From: Histomonas meleagridis 2922-C6/04-290x
Taxonomy: Eukaryota > Protista > Parabasalia
Direction: 5' to 3'
DNA length: 64,000 nucleotides
NCBI GenBank assembly: GCA_020184695.1
Contig: JAANOX010000179.1
Location: 1-64,000 of the forward strand
A model generated the notes under the pieces. That model was given only the letters and a program-made list of their open reading frames with translations. It searched no databases and was not told where the DNA came from. A program made the translations under genes and the position numbers. Shown piece by piece: positions 10,701 to 21,400 of the stretch (the stretch's first letter is position 1; each line of letters starts with the position of its first letter).

Positions 10701-13700
10701 AAAATTCCGATAATATCATTTTTAGTTAATTCGTTTTTAAATTTATATATGAAAAATGAATATAAACGTTGATTAGAACTACATAGTAAAATCGAATCAA
10801 TATTCGAATCAAATGAAAACTCGATATAAAAATAAGGTAATAAATAAGAAATAGAAGGTAATAAATCAAAAGAAAAAGGTTCAACATATTTACATTTTAT
10901 AGGTATAGTTAACGATTTAATAGAAACAATTTTATCAGGTAAAAACAAATATTTTGGTGTAGAATAAAAACCGGATAAATTAGAATTAAAATAAGGAAAA
11001 TTTAAAATCGGAGAAGAATCGAAATTGATATTTTTATTCTTTGTTATTATAATTGGCCTAATATTCGACATAGGTGGTAAAAAGATATCAGTAATTTTAA
11101 GTAATTCATTAATATATAAAAAGATTCTCATTCCATCTTTTAAATAACCAATGATAACTTTCGTTATGTTTTCATTCTCAATTAAAGATTTCGAATTATA
11201 AGTTATAGTTTTATTATCACATAAAAATAATACTGAATATGATATATTATCTTTCTCACAAAAGCCAAACTCAGTTTTATAATTATTAGTATTATCAATT
11301 GTGAAACTATAAATCGATGTTGATATATTAGATATAAATATATCATTAATTTGTTGATAAGAATTATCAATTATTAAATCGTTTTTAATATTTGACATTA
11401 TATTAAAAAGAGAAATATAATCGAAATCAAATTCATTACTTAATAAGTTCGATAATGAATTTATTACAAAAAATTGATTTTTATTATTATTATTTAATTC
11501 TTTTATCAAATTCTTTATGATTAAATTTGTTCCTTTTAAATTTTCAGTAAATATCTTTTGTGGTGAATAATTATATGAATTAATATTTATATAATCAAAT
11601 GAAGGTATTATATATTCTTCTTTATTATAATCATTTTCGAATTTTATTATATATCGCATTATGTCACATGATTTAATAATCGCTGTTTTGTTTATTAATG
11701 GTAAAAATATTTTATCTCCAGGAAAAAATTGTAAATTCGATTTAGATAATATTAATAATGTACCAAGTTGAATATTTATATCATTATCATTAATATTATC
11801 AGAAAAATATTTTAATGAATTTTCTGTCAAAAGATTTTTAAAACATTCCGAAAGTGAATAACTAAAAGAAATTCCGCAATCAAATAAAATATTATCATTA
11901 ACTATTTCTATTTTTTTATTATATTTTTTACCAATTTTCCTTAATACATTTTTATAATGTATTGAATTCTCAAGTTTAATATTAAATTTATTAATCATTA
12001 AATTTAAATATTTTATAATATATGGAACATTAAACATCATTAATCTTAAGATTAATTCTAATAAAACGGAATTTTTAATAACATTTTTATTATTATCGAT
12101 TTCATAAATTCGTTTTATTATTATTAATACTATTGGCAAATCATAATTCAATTTATTGATTTTAGTTTTATTAAGAATTTCAATATGTTTTTCAATAAAA
12201 TCATTTGGATCATTATAAGCGTTTGGAAATAATAAACCAAATTTTATTATATGTTTTATTAATAATTTCGAATTAATTTCATTTATTTGAATTTTAATGT
12301 TCGAAAGTAAATTTAGAAATTCAAACCATTGATTTAAATAATGATCATAATTAATGTTTTCTAATAAATTATAAGCTAAAAATGCTTTATTAGCTGCATG
12401 TGAAATCGAATTTAAAGTTAAATTACTTTTATCATTAAAAATATTTTTTATTAATATAAATGAATCATTAATAAATTCTTTTGCAGAATTTGTATTCTTT
12501 AATGATTTATATAAAAAATTAATTTCATTATCAGAAATCTCATGTGGTATATAAAATAACATTAATTTAATCAAATTTAATTTTAATTCATTTAATATTT
12601 TATAGTTAAAATTTAAATATAAATTAGGAATTGTAATAATTGATAAAATTTCATTTTGTAAATTATAAGAATCAGAAACAATTAAAAGATGATAAATCAT
12701 TGATAATTGTTGATGATTAAATTCGAAGTTATTGTTAATTAAAATATTCGAATCAAATTTTTTATTAATTAAATTCATTATATCATTAAAATTATTACAA
12801 TTTAATTCATTTAAAATTATTTCTTTTATTTCATTAATTGTTAATTTTTCATCAAAAAAATGAAATTCATTAAGTTTTAATTTGTTATATATATTATTTA
12901 TCTCATTTATATTCACATTTTTTATCATTTTTATTAAAAGTTTATAAATACTTCGATAAATATCGAAATAAGAATTCGGTGAAAAATAATTCATTTTAGA
13001 AAATATCATAGCTGTAATAATAGCTTTATATCCCCAATCATTAAATGTACCATCACTATGAAACTTAAAACATAAATGTTTTGAATTTGTTTCGATTGGA
13101 TTTTCTTTCCATTTATTATATTTACCACTTAATTTATTAGTTAATGTTTTAGTACAATCTCTATCAACAAATATTTGTAAGTAATCACAGTTAGTTTCAG
13201 TAGATGTCTTAGGATCAAATTTAACATTAATTTTTATTGATAATGGAAAATCATAATGATGACAAAAATCATAATTATTAGGATAAGGATGTGGCGTTTC
13301 ATCTATTATTTCTTGTATTATAAATGGTTGCTCAGTAGCAATTTTAGAATGTAATATTGAATATTCTTCAAGAGAATTTTTTGGTATTAACGGATACACT
13401 TTTTCGATAAACATTTGAAATGCTGGTATCGTCAAAACGAATAAAAAATTTGATTTTATTAAACAATTTTGTAATAATGGTAACATTGTAGACATAATTG
13501 AAGTATAAAAATGTGATTTTTTCGGTATAATTTTAATTAATATTATGAATATGATTGAAGAATCCAAAATTTGATCTTTAAATACATAAAATGAAATTGA
13601 TTTAATTAAAATTTGTATAAAAGAATATTTCGAATGATTAATTTGATTTGTTGCGTAATCGATGAATTTATTTTGATATAAAATTGCGATTAAATGTATA

Positions 13701-15571
13701 TAATTAAAATATTCGAACGTTCTTGTAGCTTCTATAAATAAATTAGGACTTATTAATAATAAAATCTCATTGATATTATCGAAGTTATTTAATGGTTCTT
13801 TAGAAAACAAAAACAATGTATGTATGAAAAATATTTTATTATTTTTGGAAACATAATTTTCATTTAAGCTTAAAATCGATTTAATTAATTTAAGTTTTGG
13901 TAATATTTCATTACGGAATTGTAACAAATAAATACAAACGATTTGTATCAAATAATTTATATATTCAAATTTCCGATTTTTTAATGATATTTTAATCACT
14001 TTATAAATTGGTTTTATTGAATTAATAATAAATTTTTGTTTTAATGATACAAATTTATATGAAAGTCTTGAAAACATTAGCGTAGGTAATATATTCATTA
14101 TATTAAATATCGAATCATTACTTAATATATTTTTATATGGAAAAAAATAATGAAACAAAAAATTCGGCTGAATTTGATATATATACGAAAGTTCATAATC
14201 AGGCAAATCAATGAAATACATCGAAATAGGATCAAAACAAATACAATTCGAATAAAATTGTGGAAATGAAATATCAGAAATTAATTCTCCATTTGTTAAA
14301 TTAAATTCTCGTATCGATACTGAACTTCTATGTTCGAATTTCGGTGGGTAAAATAATGATAATGAAAATCCATTATAAATCATTGACATTAAATACATCG
14401 ATGAATTTGGTATAGGTTTATCAAATTGTTCAATTGCTTTAGACTTTAATTCTATTTCTTTTATATATTTTAAATTCATTTCTTTTGTTAATTCATAAAA
14501 TGTTATTTTTGTCTCTTCAATAATTAATAATTCATTAAAAAAGCCTAAAATTGGACCTTTCGAAATTATTTGTTTCATTTCATTCGAAAAATTCACATCA
14601 ATTCTTTCAAGTGTTTCTAAATCTAATACTTCAATTTCATCATGGACATTAATCAAAAGAAGTTTCTCATTACAAATTGTTAAACTTTTTATTGTCGCAT
14701 TAATATAATTTTTGTTTTCCACTTCTATTGATGTAAAATTTGTTCCGTTTTGTCCAGTGCCTATTTTAACGATGCCAAATCGTGGATCGAAAACAAAGAC
14801 AAAACCATTAAATGCGGCCGATTTTCGTGGGATAATTTCTAAATATGTATTCGGGGGATGAGATTTGGTATCAATAAGTTTGGAAACATAAAATGGTATC
14901 GAATCACTTTGTGAAATCACTTTTGAAATTGAAGGATTTTCAATTGAGTTGCTGATCGATTGTAAAATGTGATCAACTGGAATTTGTGGTATATAAGATT
15001 TTTTGATACATGAACTTGCTAAGATCATTAGATCATCAATTAGCCCACGCGAACAAAAAAAGTTTAACCAGATATCTGTTAATTCAATTATTGTATTATC
15101 GGAGATATCAACGTTTTCCATAAGAGATTGTAATAGAAAAATGACCTGGTTGGAGACATTCGGTATATCATCGGCTCCATTCCATTGGGAATTTTTTAAA
15201 TGTTTCGATAAAGAAGAAATTATTTGATTACTTCTCATTGAAATTAATTGTAATGATGGAGATATAAATTTTTCCGCAATTTTTGTGGATAGATTTGATA
15301 TTGGATTTTCTGTTTTTTCAAAATGAATGTAATTTGGATTGATTTGTCTAAAAAACCATGGTAAATTCATTAGAAAAAAATCTCTGGCACAATCTAAATC
15401 AAATAAACTATCAACGTCAGTATGATTTTGTTTATTTGAAGACTGAAAAATAAAATTGATCTCATTTGTTGATCCAGTAAAATTAACTCTCATAAAATAA
15501 TCTATGAGATTTTGCAGTGTGTTTGGAGAATACAATGAACCAATGCCAAATAAAGAAAAGACTTCATTCAT
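7739..15571 (-). CDS. Giant (about 2600 aa) HECTD4/HERC-like scaffold: CUB-like domain, SPRY-like regions, degenerate C-terminal HECT-like segment
   Basis: Uninterrupted 7.9-kb ORF (first ATG at 15571; open from TTG at 15652). Motifs: IVKIGTGQNGT; ETPHPYPNN...TETNCDYLQIF...FKFHSDG..NDWGYK; FQGFGTFLASCI; NASANTLEIP. Confidence 0.65.
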   Translation of the reverse strand: MNEVFSLFGIGSLYSPNTLQNLIDYFMRVNFTGSTNEINFIFQSSNKQNHTDVDSLFDLDCARDFFLMNLPWFFRQINPNYIHFEKTENPISNLSTKIAEKFISPSLQLISMRSNQIISSLSKHLKNSQWNGADDIPNVSNQVIFLLQSLMENVDISDNTIIELTDIWLNFFCSRGLIDDLMILASSCIKKSYIPQIPVDHILQSISNSIENPSISKVISQSDSIPFYVSKLIDTKSHPPNTYLEIIPRKSAAFNGFVFVFDPRFGIVKIGTGQNGTNFTSIEVENKNYINATIKSLTICNEKLLLINVHDEIEVLDLETLERIDVNFSNEMKQIISKGPILGFFNELLIIEETKITFYELTKEMNLKYIKEIELKSKAIEQFDKPIPNSSMYLMSMIYNGFSLSLFYPPKFEHRSSVSIREFNLTNGELISDISFPQFYSNCICFDPISMYFIDLPDYELSYIYQIQPNFLFHYFFPYKNILSNDSIFNIMNILPTLMFSRLSYKFVSLKQKFIINSIKPIYKVIKISLKNRKFEYINYLIQIVCIYLLQFRNEILPKLKLIKSILSLNENYVSKNNKIFFIHTLFLFSKEPLNNFDNINEILLLISPNLFIEATRTFEYFNYIHLIAILYQNKFIDYATNQINHSKYSFIQILIKSISFYVFKDQILDSSIIFIILIKIIPKKSHFYTSIMSTMLPLLQNCLIKSNFLFVLTIPAFQMFIEKVYPLIPKNSLEEYSILHSKIATEQPFIIQEIIDETPHPYPNNYDFCHHYDFPLSIKINVKFDPKTSTETNCDYLQIFVDRDCTKTLTNKLSGKYNKWKENPIETNSKHLCFKFHSDGTFNDWGYKAIITAMIFSKMNYFSPNSYFDIYRSIYKLLIKMIKNVNINEINNIYNKLKLNEFHFFDEKLTINEIKEIILNELNCNNFNDIMNLINKKFDSNILINNNFEFNHQQLSMIYHLLIVSDSYNLQNEILSIITIPNLYLNFNYKILNELKLNLIKLMLFYIPHEISDNEINFLYKSLKNTNSAKEFINDSFILIKNIFNDKSNLTLNSISHAANKAFLAYNLLENINYDHYLNQWFEFLNLLSNIKIQINEINSKLLIKHIIKFGLLFPNAYNDPNDFIEKHIEILNKTKINKLNYDLPIVLIIIKRIYEIDNNKNVIKNSVLLELILRLMMFNVPYIIKYLNLMINKFNIKLENSIHYKNVLRKIGKKYNKKIEIVNDNILFDCGISFSYSLSECFKNLLTENSLKYFSDNINDNDINIQLGTLLILSKSNLQFFPGDKIFLPLINKTAIIKSCDIMRYIIKFENDYNKEEYIIPSFDYININSYNYSPQKIFTENLKGTNLIIKNLIKELNNNNKNQFFVINSLSNLLSNEFDFDYISLFNIMSNIKNDLIIDNSYQQINDIFISNISTSIYSFTIDNTNNYKTEFGFCEKDNISYSVLFLCDNKTITYNSKSLIENENITKVIIGYLKDGMRIFLYINELLKITDIFLPPMSNIRPIIITKNKNINFDSSPILNFPYFNSNLSGFYSTPKYLFLPDKIVSIKSLTIPIKCKYVEPFSFDLLPSISYLLPYFYIEFSFDSNIDSILLCSSNQRLYSFFIYKFKNELTKNDIIGILIKNNYICVIINGIVDELSYKLLPKIDLILTFNVNNLDSIFINIGQNPFYFDYKTIDFNKIKLNISKPIKNNIEIKSLLRKPFLTKNSFSIFNINNHNIIKEKNVYKPFLIYSNEKDNFYNNKIGIGKIDNDNKIELFIYNNSSFTISKKLFPIKNCISLIDEITNLNDFNLYYSRFIQTIPLTFCYDLSPFNLNKTYFYLAERKQIYFEQISLTQKYKIMNICLIKIIENYGIDKAITEYNLKEFIINSITNIQTNDFEPFNELPKMNYLPILDSIFKSEHKIFNELCEIALKPFSITINTFSNYPTNILSKSGNSSNLIIMNNCDAILFIPINQFLDKPHKFQTQFNDLYIFTPNNNSPIYLFKGDTIQFDDFNENEIVLIKLIPINFSSINILNLRFSIQFISYLINFTKNNKNFVDKTNELILKPLWNYYMNANQRLIINVQAIWFTFLFELNDELIFEYKNIINFNVILNDQPNVLTAVVTIFTILLQCIDNHKIDQNLFDLMKFINNQQINNTYSIFVYRKFIYEISSPFNNKQIPFLAEKIKLKNIIPLLHKALKLSILPKETKFIKQIIKDNEEIFYNFEFTSAIKIVFIQVTPINCNIYIDEKQIIPKCVLETNKITIKITSNSNTEIISFIIIPIYQTKQPTTKEIEIINKYQKYLNENWNEENETLAISIVKRVGNVPFYFCIFPNEFYHKVFPGIDPNIVRYRLSVLYLSETNLNEFQIPNFNNFLCYNYFNKIWNIISPLKLEKTDTNDLLFTNSLCWKCLNLSDFFLQLNNFLENAPMETVKNISCLFQPSELNEPIEVLTVLNEFNNNMFINGAPNINLNNLKAFQGFGTFLASCILCMKPIPKFINNELILDSLNLNAKSQNSQLESIRLGVFRLGMVFPSIYKFNDLLQIQILRMIPLKTIQCSTLFHSFIVNHPMILPFLMSKSLSKMPLINEVGEFTLHYNASANTLEIPNIETWIKLFEKYVNEICT

Positions 15572-15894
15572 ATGATATCCTTTATTTAAGGATTGGTGAA
15601 TTTTTACAAACGGTCTCTCAACGGTTGAAGAAAATTTTTGCACGAATTTCAATTTTCAAGATATTCTACAAATATTGTATGAAAAACTTGGTCCAATAAA
15701 AGCTAACTCAAAGGTTTGTTGAATTTTATGACAAGTAAATAATCTTATGCAATGTTAGAATTTCATCAGATAGAAGAAACAGTTTACAAAAATAATGAAT
15801 TTAAATCATTTGGAAAAATTCCAATAACTTTTCTTATTTCTAGATACAGTATAAAATCAATTTTTAAATATTATGTTTAAAAATTATGTTTAAT

Positions 15895-16704
15895 TTATTC
15901 TGGTGGTTGTATTGGTGTAACATCTTTTTTAGCTTTATCAACATTACTTTCGTTTTCATTTGGTTCGTCTGCTTCTTCTTCTTCCTCTTCTTCTTCTTCT
16001 CCCTCTCCTTCATTTTCATCTTCTTCTTCTGTAGTTAAAATGTCTTTATTTTCTTCTTGTTCTTTAGCATCTTCTTGTAGTTGTGTAAGCTTTGTATTTA
16101 AGTCATCTTTGAAACTTTTCATTAAATCCAATTCTTCTTGTGATGTTGTTTTTTCTTCCTGTTGAGCAATCAATGCTAAACCTTCATTAACAACGTCAAT
16201 AGCTTTCTTTGGAATTTCTTGCGATTCAAGTGCAATTGCTTCATAAAACAAAAGACTTAATTTAATCCTCCAAGGTGTTTCTGGATTTTCATTTGCTTTT
16301 TCATAACCCTTTCTAAAAACTTGTGCCGCTCGTTTAAATTGATTATTGATAAGAGCTACTTGTCCAAGTATATCGTAAGTGTCAAGTAGCCTTTCGAATG
16401 GAAATGTACCTGGTTCTGCTGTTTCATATTTTTTCTGTGCAGTAATCATGTAACTAACAATTGTTTCAAGTTCACTTTGATCATATTTTTTATTACTGCT
16501 ATTTGCACTATCTGCTTGAACTTTTTCAAAAAGAGCAGTAGCGTATCGAACAAGAATATTAATATGTTCGAGAGTCATATCAGGATTTTCTTCTGGATAA
16601 GCTCTTGTAAAAAAAGAATCATAGAATTGACAAGCAGATTTCCAGTTTTTATTACGATAAGCCCTTTCGGCTTGTTCTAAAAATGCATCTAAAAGTGTGG
16701 TCAT
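15895..16704 (-). CDS. NASP: NASP/Sim3-like TPR histone H3-H4 chaperone
   Basis: TPR repeats including the SHNi-TPR-like DTYDILGQVALINNQFKRAAQVF, plus an acidic poly-Glu tail. Confidence 0.7.
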   Translation of the reverse strand: MTTLLDAFLEQAERAYRNKNWKSACQFYDSFFTRAYPEENPDMTLEHINILVRYATALFEKVQADSANSSNKKYDQSELETIVSYMITAQKKYETAEPGTFPFERLLDTYDILGQVALINNQFKRAAQVFRKGYEKANENPETPWRIKLSLLFYEAIALESQEIPKKAIDVVNEGLALIAQQEEKTTSQEELDLMKSFKDDLNTKLTQLQEDAKEQEENKDILTTEEEDENEGEGEEEEEEEEEADEPNENESNVDKAKKDVTPIQPPE

Positions 16705-16780
16705 GTGTTATTTTGGTTCTGAAGGATTTAAAAAGTTTTTTGTTAAACGTACGCATCGTTCGGCCGAAGTAAAATTAAAA

Positions 16781-17188
16781 ATGGATTCATCAGACTTCGA
16801 GGATGAAAGACTAAGACCCAAATTAGTAGCAGAAGAATTGATCAATACAATGATTTCAGATGGAACTTGGGAAAAATTTAGAGTCCAAATAGCGTCTGAA
16901 CTTAGAATGAATGGAGATTACAAAAAAGTAAAAATGAGAGCACAAGAATTACTAGAAAAAGAAGAAATAAAGCTAATACTGAGAAACCCTAAAACAACAG
17001 AAGAAGATGTAGCTCAACATATTGATAAAGCTGGAGGTTATTCTCAATATAGAATATCTTTGGATAGGCTATTAAATCCAAAGGACAACGAAGCAGGAAA
17101 AGCCGAGCTTTCAATCGCCAAAGATTTAGAAAAAACAGTAAGCCAATTAGTTGATCTTTATACAAAAAGAATCAATGATGAAGCATAG
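16781..17188 (+). CDS. 135-aa helical protein, possibly BOD1/Shg1 (COMPASS) domain
   Basis: ATG at 16781. LVAEELINTMISDGTWEKFRVQI resembles the BOD1/Shg1 N-terminal helix pair. Confidence 0.5.
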   Translation: MDSSDFEDERLRPKLVAEELINTMISDGTWEKFRVQIASELRMNGDYKKVKMRAQELLEKEEIKLILRNPKTTEEDVAQHIDKAGGYSQYRISLDRLLNPKDNEAGKAELSIAKDLEKTVSQLVDLYTKRINDEA

Positions 17189-17479
17189 AGGAATTTAGAA
17201 TATATTAAATCTCGTGCGTGTCTTAAAATTTTATAAGAGAAATGATGTTCAATAAACTAATAGAAGATTATTGCGTAATCTATGAGGTAACAGAATATAA
17301 ATATGCGTTCTAAATTAAAGAGCGGGAAAATAATGTTTAAAAATCCATAAAAAATTCATATTTTGCTATATTAGAGAAATTAGAGCAAATATTGTATTTA
17401 TGTTAAGATATTTTCCTTAATGTTTTAAAATGATTAACGTAGGTTTTTTCCATTTATTTTTCCAGCAAGAATTGGGATA

Positions 17480-18290
17480 GATCTTATTAATCAAATGATT
17501 TCAATACATATTCTTGATGCAAAAATCGTACAAAACAAAAATATCCATTAGAAAGTAGAAGAAGACATTCAGCGAATTAAATCCAATTATTGAATAATTA
17601 TACAATCAAATAAAAATATTATGTCCTATCAACTTCAGAAGAAATATAAAAAGAATAACATAAAATTTCATTATGCGATGAGAAATATTCCTTTAATAAT
17701 TATAAAGAACTCTCAAATAATGATTGGAAATTACTTAAGAAATATGTTGGACGAAGGAGTTAATCCAAATGAAATTGTATAAATAATTCAAAATGATGAT
17801 ATAGAAAAACGCCAAGAAACCTCATCCCAAAATGATTTTAATTTTAATCAAATAACTAAACCATCACATTATGAGAGAAGTTCATATAATAATTATCATA
17901 ATGTTTCATTAATTGATTATACAGCATTATTTTTTTCAGTTAAATGTGTTAAATATTTATGTATGAATGATGCAAATGCAGAAAACACAGGTAAATATGC
18001 AATTGCAAGTGAAAATGAAGAAATTATTCAATTATCCAAACAAAATCAATCATCATTTGAAAATACATATAAAGCTGTATTTACTATTTCATCAAAATGT
18101 ATCTTTAAGTATATTTATGAAAGTAAATACGAAAAAATTCATAATTTAGAAGAATTAGGCAAAAAATGTGTTACATATGATAATTATGAGATATTTTTAG
18201 AATAAGAAAGAATGCAAATTCATGATGATATTATTAACGAATCAGCAAAAATTCGAATTTATAACTTGTTAAATATTTTCATGAATTTAA
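17480..18290 (+). pseudogene. Decayed DUF3447/ankyrin-associated gene
   Basis: Fragments match the 32064-33068 gene (NNYKELSNNDW, EGVNPNEI, LIDYTAL, GKYAIASENEEII) but contain multiple stops and frameshifts. Confidence 0.8.
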
Positions 18291-18414
18291 ATTCCAAAAA
18301 TTAACATCTAATTTAATTTCTCTATTTATTGTGATATAAAAATAAATTTCATTTTAAGCCTTCACTATAACAAAATATGTATATTTAACTACGCTTTATT
18401 TAAAAACAGTTTTG

Positions 18415-21400
18415 TTATTTCTTCAAATTTGATATGAGAATGATATTATCCTCTATCAATTTATCTTTAGGAACCAATTTATAATCGATATAACACATTC
18501 CAATGTCGCCATTACACAAAATTCTGTGTGCTCTTTCCACAGGTACACCACCAATTACAATATTTGTATCATCTTTTAACAAAGAGAAACAACTAACTTT
18601 ACCGAAAGTTATCGCACAAATTATTTTATTTTGTGTCAACGCATTTAATTTCGAAACCATTTCTAACAAATTATTTAGCATACATTTCTTAGAAATAATT
18701 GCTGAATAAAAAGTTAAAGCACAAGAAATTCTTTTTATGGCATTATTTTTATTTTCGGAAATATTAAATTCTTTTTCAATATCATCAAAATTTTGAAATA
18801 AAATTTCAGGGTCTATACTGGTTCTAATTCTAGCCTTAAAATAAATCACTTTCTTATAAAATGGCACTTTAAATTTAGGTGTAATAGATTTATTTAACTC
18901 ATAATTAAAACTTTCATATTTTGAAGTTTCGGTTACATCGACGATTAAAATCAATTCAATATCGATATCTTTTGAATGATAAACCGAAAATTCGAATTTT
19001 TTATTTTCGAAATTTTGGTTAAATATTCGATTAAAATCTTGTCCTATTAATTGGAATGGATATAAATTTGTAAATTGAGCCACCAGCAAGTTACAAGAGA
19101 GTATAATTCTTGTTTGTTCAGTCTGATTATTTCTACAAATAACAGATGGCAACGGGATTATATTTAAAAAATCGTCTTTTTTAATTGGTAAAATATCCAA
19201 AATTTTCGGAACTAATTGAAAGTTATATTTTATAGCTCTTCTTAATAATATATTTGCGCCATAATACCAAATTTTCTTTTTATTATGGAAATAGATATAA
19301 CTTATAAACAAAAAAACTAATCCGAAAACTATAGTTATATTTCCGACCCAATAAACGAAAGAAATTTCTTGTAATGAATTTGTATTATTAATAATATAAT
19401 TCTCAATAGAAGTAATATTTAAGATCGACAAATATCGATTATATATATATCGTGTAAAAAAGAAAGAAATCGAATCGAAACTTGTTATACTTTTAGCGAA
19501 ACTACAAAAGTTATAAATATTTGTTGATATTGATTCTTGATTAGTTTCGGAGAAATTCGGCAATTGAATTGGATCCAAATATTTATTAATTTTTTGTAAC
19601 TTTTTGATTTCATTTAATATTATATATAAAGAATTACAATTTTCGTGAATTAAATCCGAATAATGTATTAAATTTGGATGATTATCTGCAACAATAATTG
19701 TTATTCCCATAATTTCTTTAATTTTAATGGCTAACTCACATATTTTATACGTGTTTAATGTTAAGTCATGGATTGAAAATTGATAATTTTCTTTCCATAT
19801 AAAATATATGATACATATCAAAAAAATTAAAATCAAATTTAAAATATATAATAAATATTGATTCATAAATCCTAAATTCGTTTGAATTTTTTCTTTCCGC
19901 ATTTTAGTTTTCGTCGAAAATGAATTAAATTTAATTGCTTCAAGTAATTTATGATTATAATCTTTATCATAAAATTTAATCACAATTCCTAATAAAATTG
20001 TAAGTATTATAACATTAACAAAAAATATTATAAAAATTTTAACCCATTTATTATCTTCTCTATAGTTACTTATATCATTTATCTCATTTCTAGATAAATT
20101 TAATAAAGCATTCACATAATTATTTAAATATTTCACATATTTTATTATACTTTCATCCTTTAAATTAGTCGTTAATTGATATTTCGTAAAAAATAAATAA
20201 GATAAAGGATATGTATTATTAAGAATAGATAAATCAACAGTAAAATCAAAGTTATAATCAACTGTCGATATTTTATTTGTCCAATAAGTGTTTAATTCAT
20301 GTGTACTAATATTTAAAAATGTTTCCAATGATGTTATAGTTATTGATGGATATGTTACAATATTATCAAGTTGTGATAAATATGAATGAACTAAAAGTAA
20401 TCCAGATATTGAATATTTTGTTGATTTCATGAATTTATTATATAAAATAAATGAATTTTGATTAGAAAATGCTCCAAATAATAATAAATAAAACAAAATT
20501 AAAAGAAACAAAAATAAAAAATAATAAAAAACAGGTCGTATTAACTTACGAAAAAGATCTTTTATAAACTTATCCAAAAAAGAAGATTTATGTTTTGTAT
20601 TAGTATTAGTTGAATCATTTAACATAAACTCAAAAATTGTTCCTTTCGAATTACCAATTAGTTTATAAGGATCTTTTTTAGTTAAAAAAGTTGAAGAACA
20701 AATCATATCATTAAAATAATAATTACATATCTTTTGTATCGATGAACATCTTCTATATAAATTCGAATAATTTTCGATTTCCCAAGTTAAGTTATGGAAA
20801 TATTTACCGATTTCATATAAACTTAATTGATATTCATGTTTCTTCCAATATATTTCTATGAATTCAGCAGCGGCGTATAATTTTTGTTGTATTAATTCTT
20901 TAATATTTTGTTCATCATTTATTAAATTAGTATTCTTATATATATAAACTTGATATGCTAATAAATTTAATGATAAATTATCAATTGTACTAAATGATGT
21001 ATTATCAACAACAAATTCATTAAGTGGATACTTTAAAATTAAACAAACTTTGGTAATATCGGCTAATAAAGAAGGAGAAAATCGATTTTGTAATATCCAA
21101 TTTAAAAATCCTTTTTCTTTTATTAACATATTCGAATTACAGATGGAATATCGAAAACATGTTAATGCATCATATGAATCTCTAATCAAATTTATCTTAA
21201 TTTCATCATTTTTGATGAACTTCTTTGGTATACTTGTTATAAACATTGATAAAGCTGAATTAAAAAAGACAATGAAAAACGCAAAAATATAATTAATTGG
21301 AAAACTAGATTCAGTAAAATAATTTATACTTGTCGATATCCCAAAAAATAATATATCAAAGCCAAGTTTACAATGAAAAAAAATCCCAATTCGATATATA

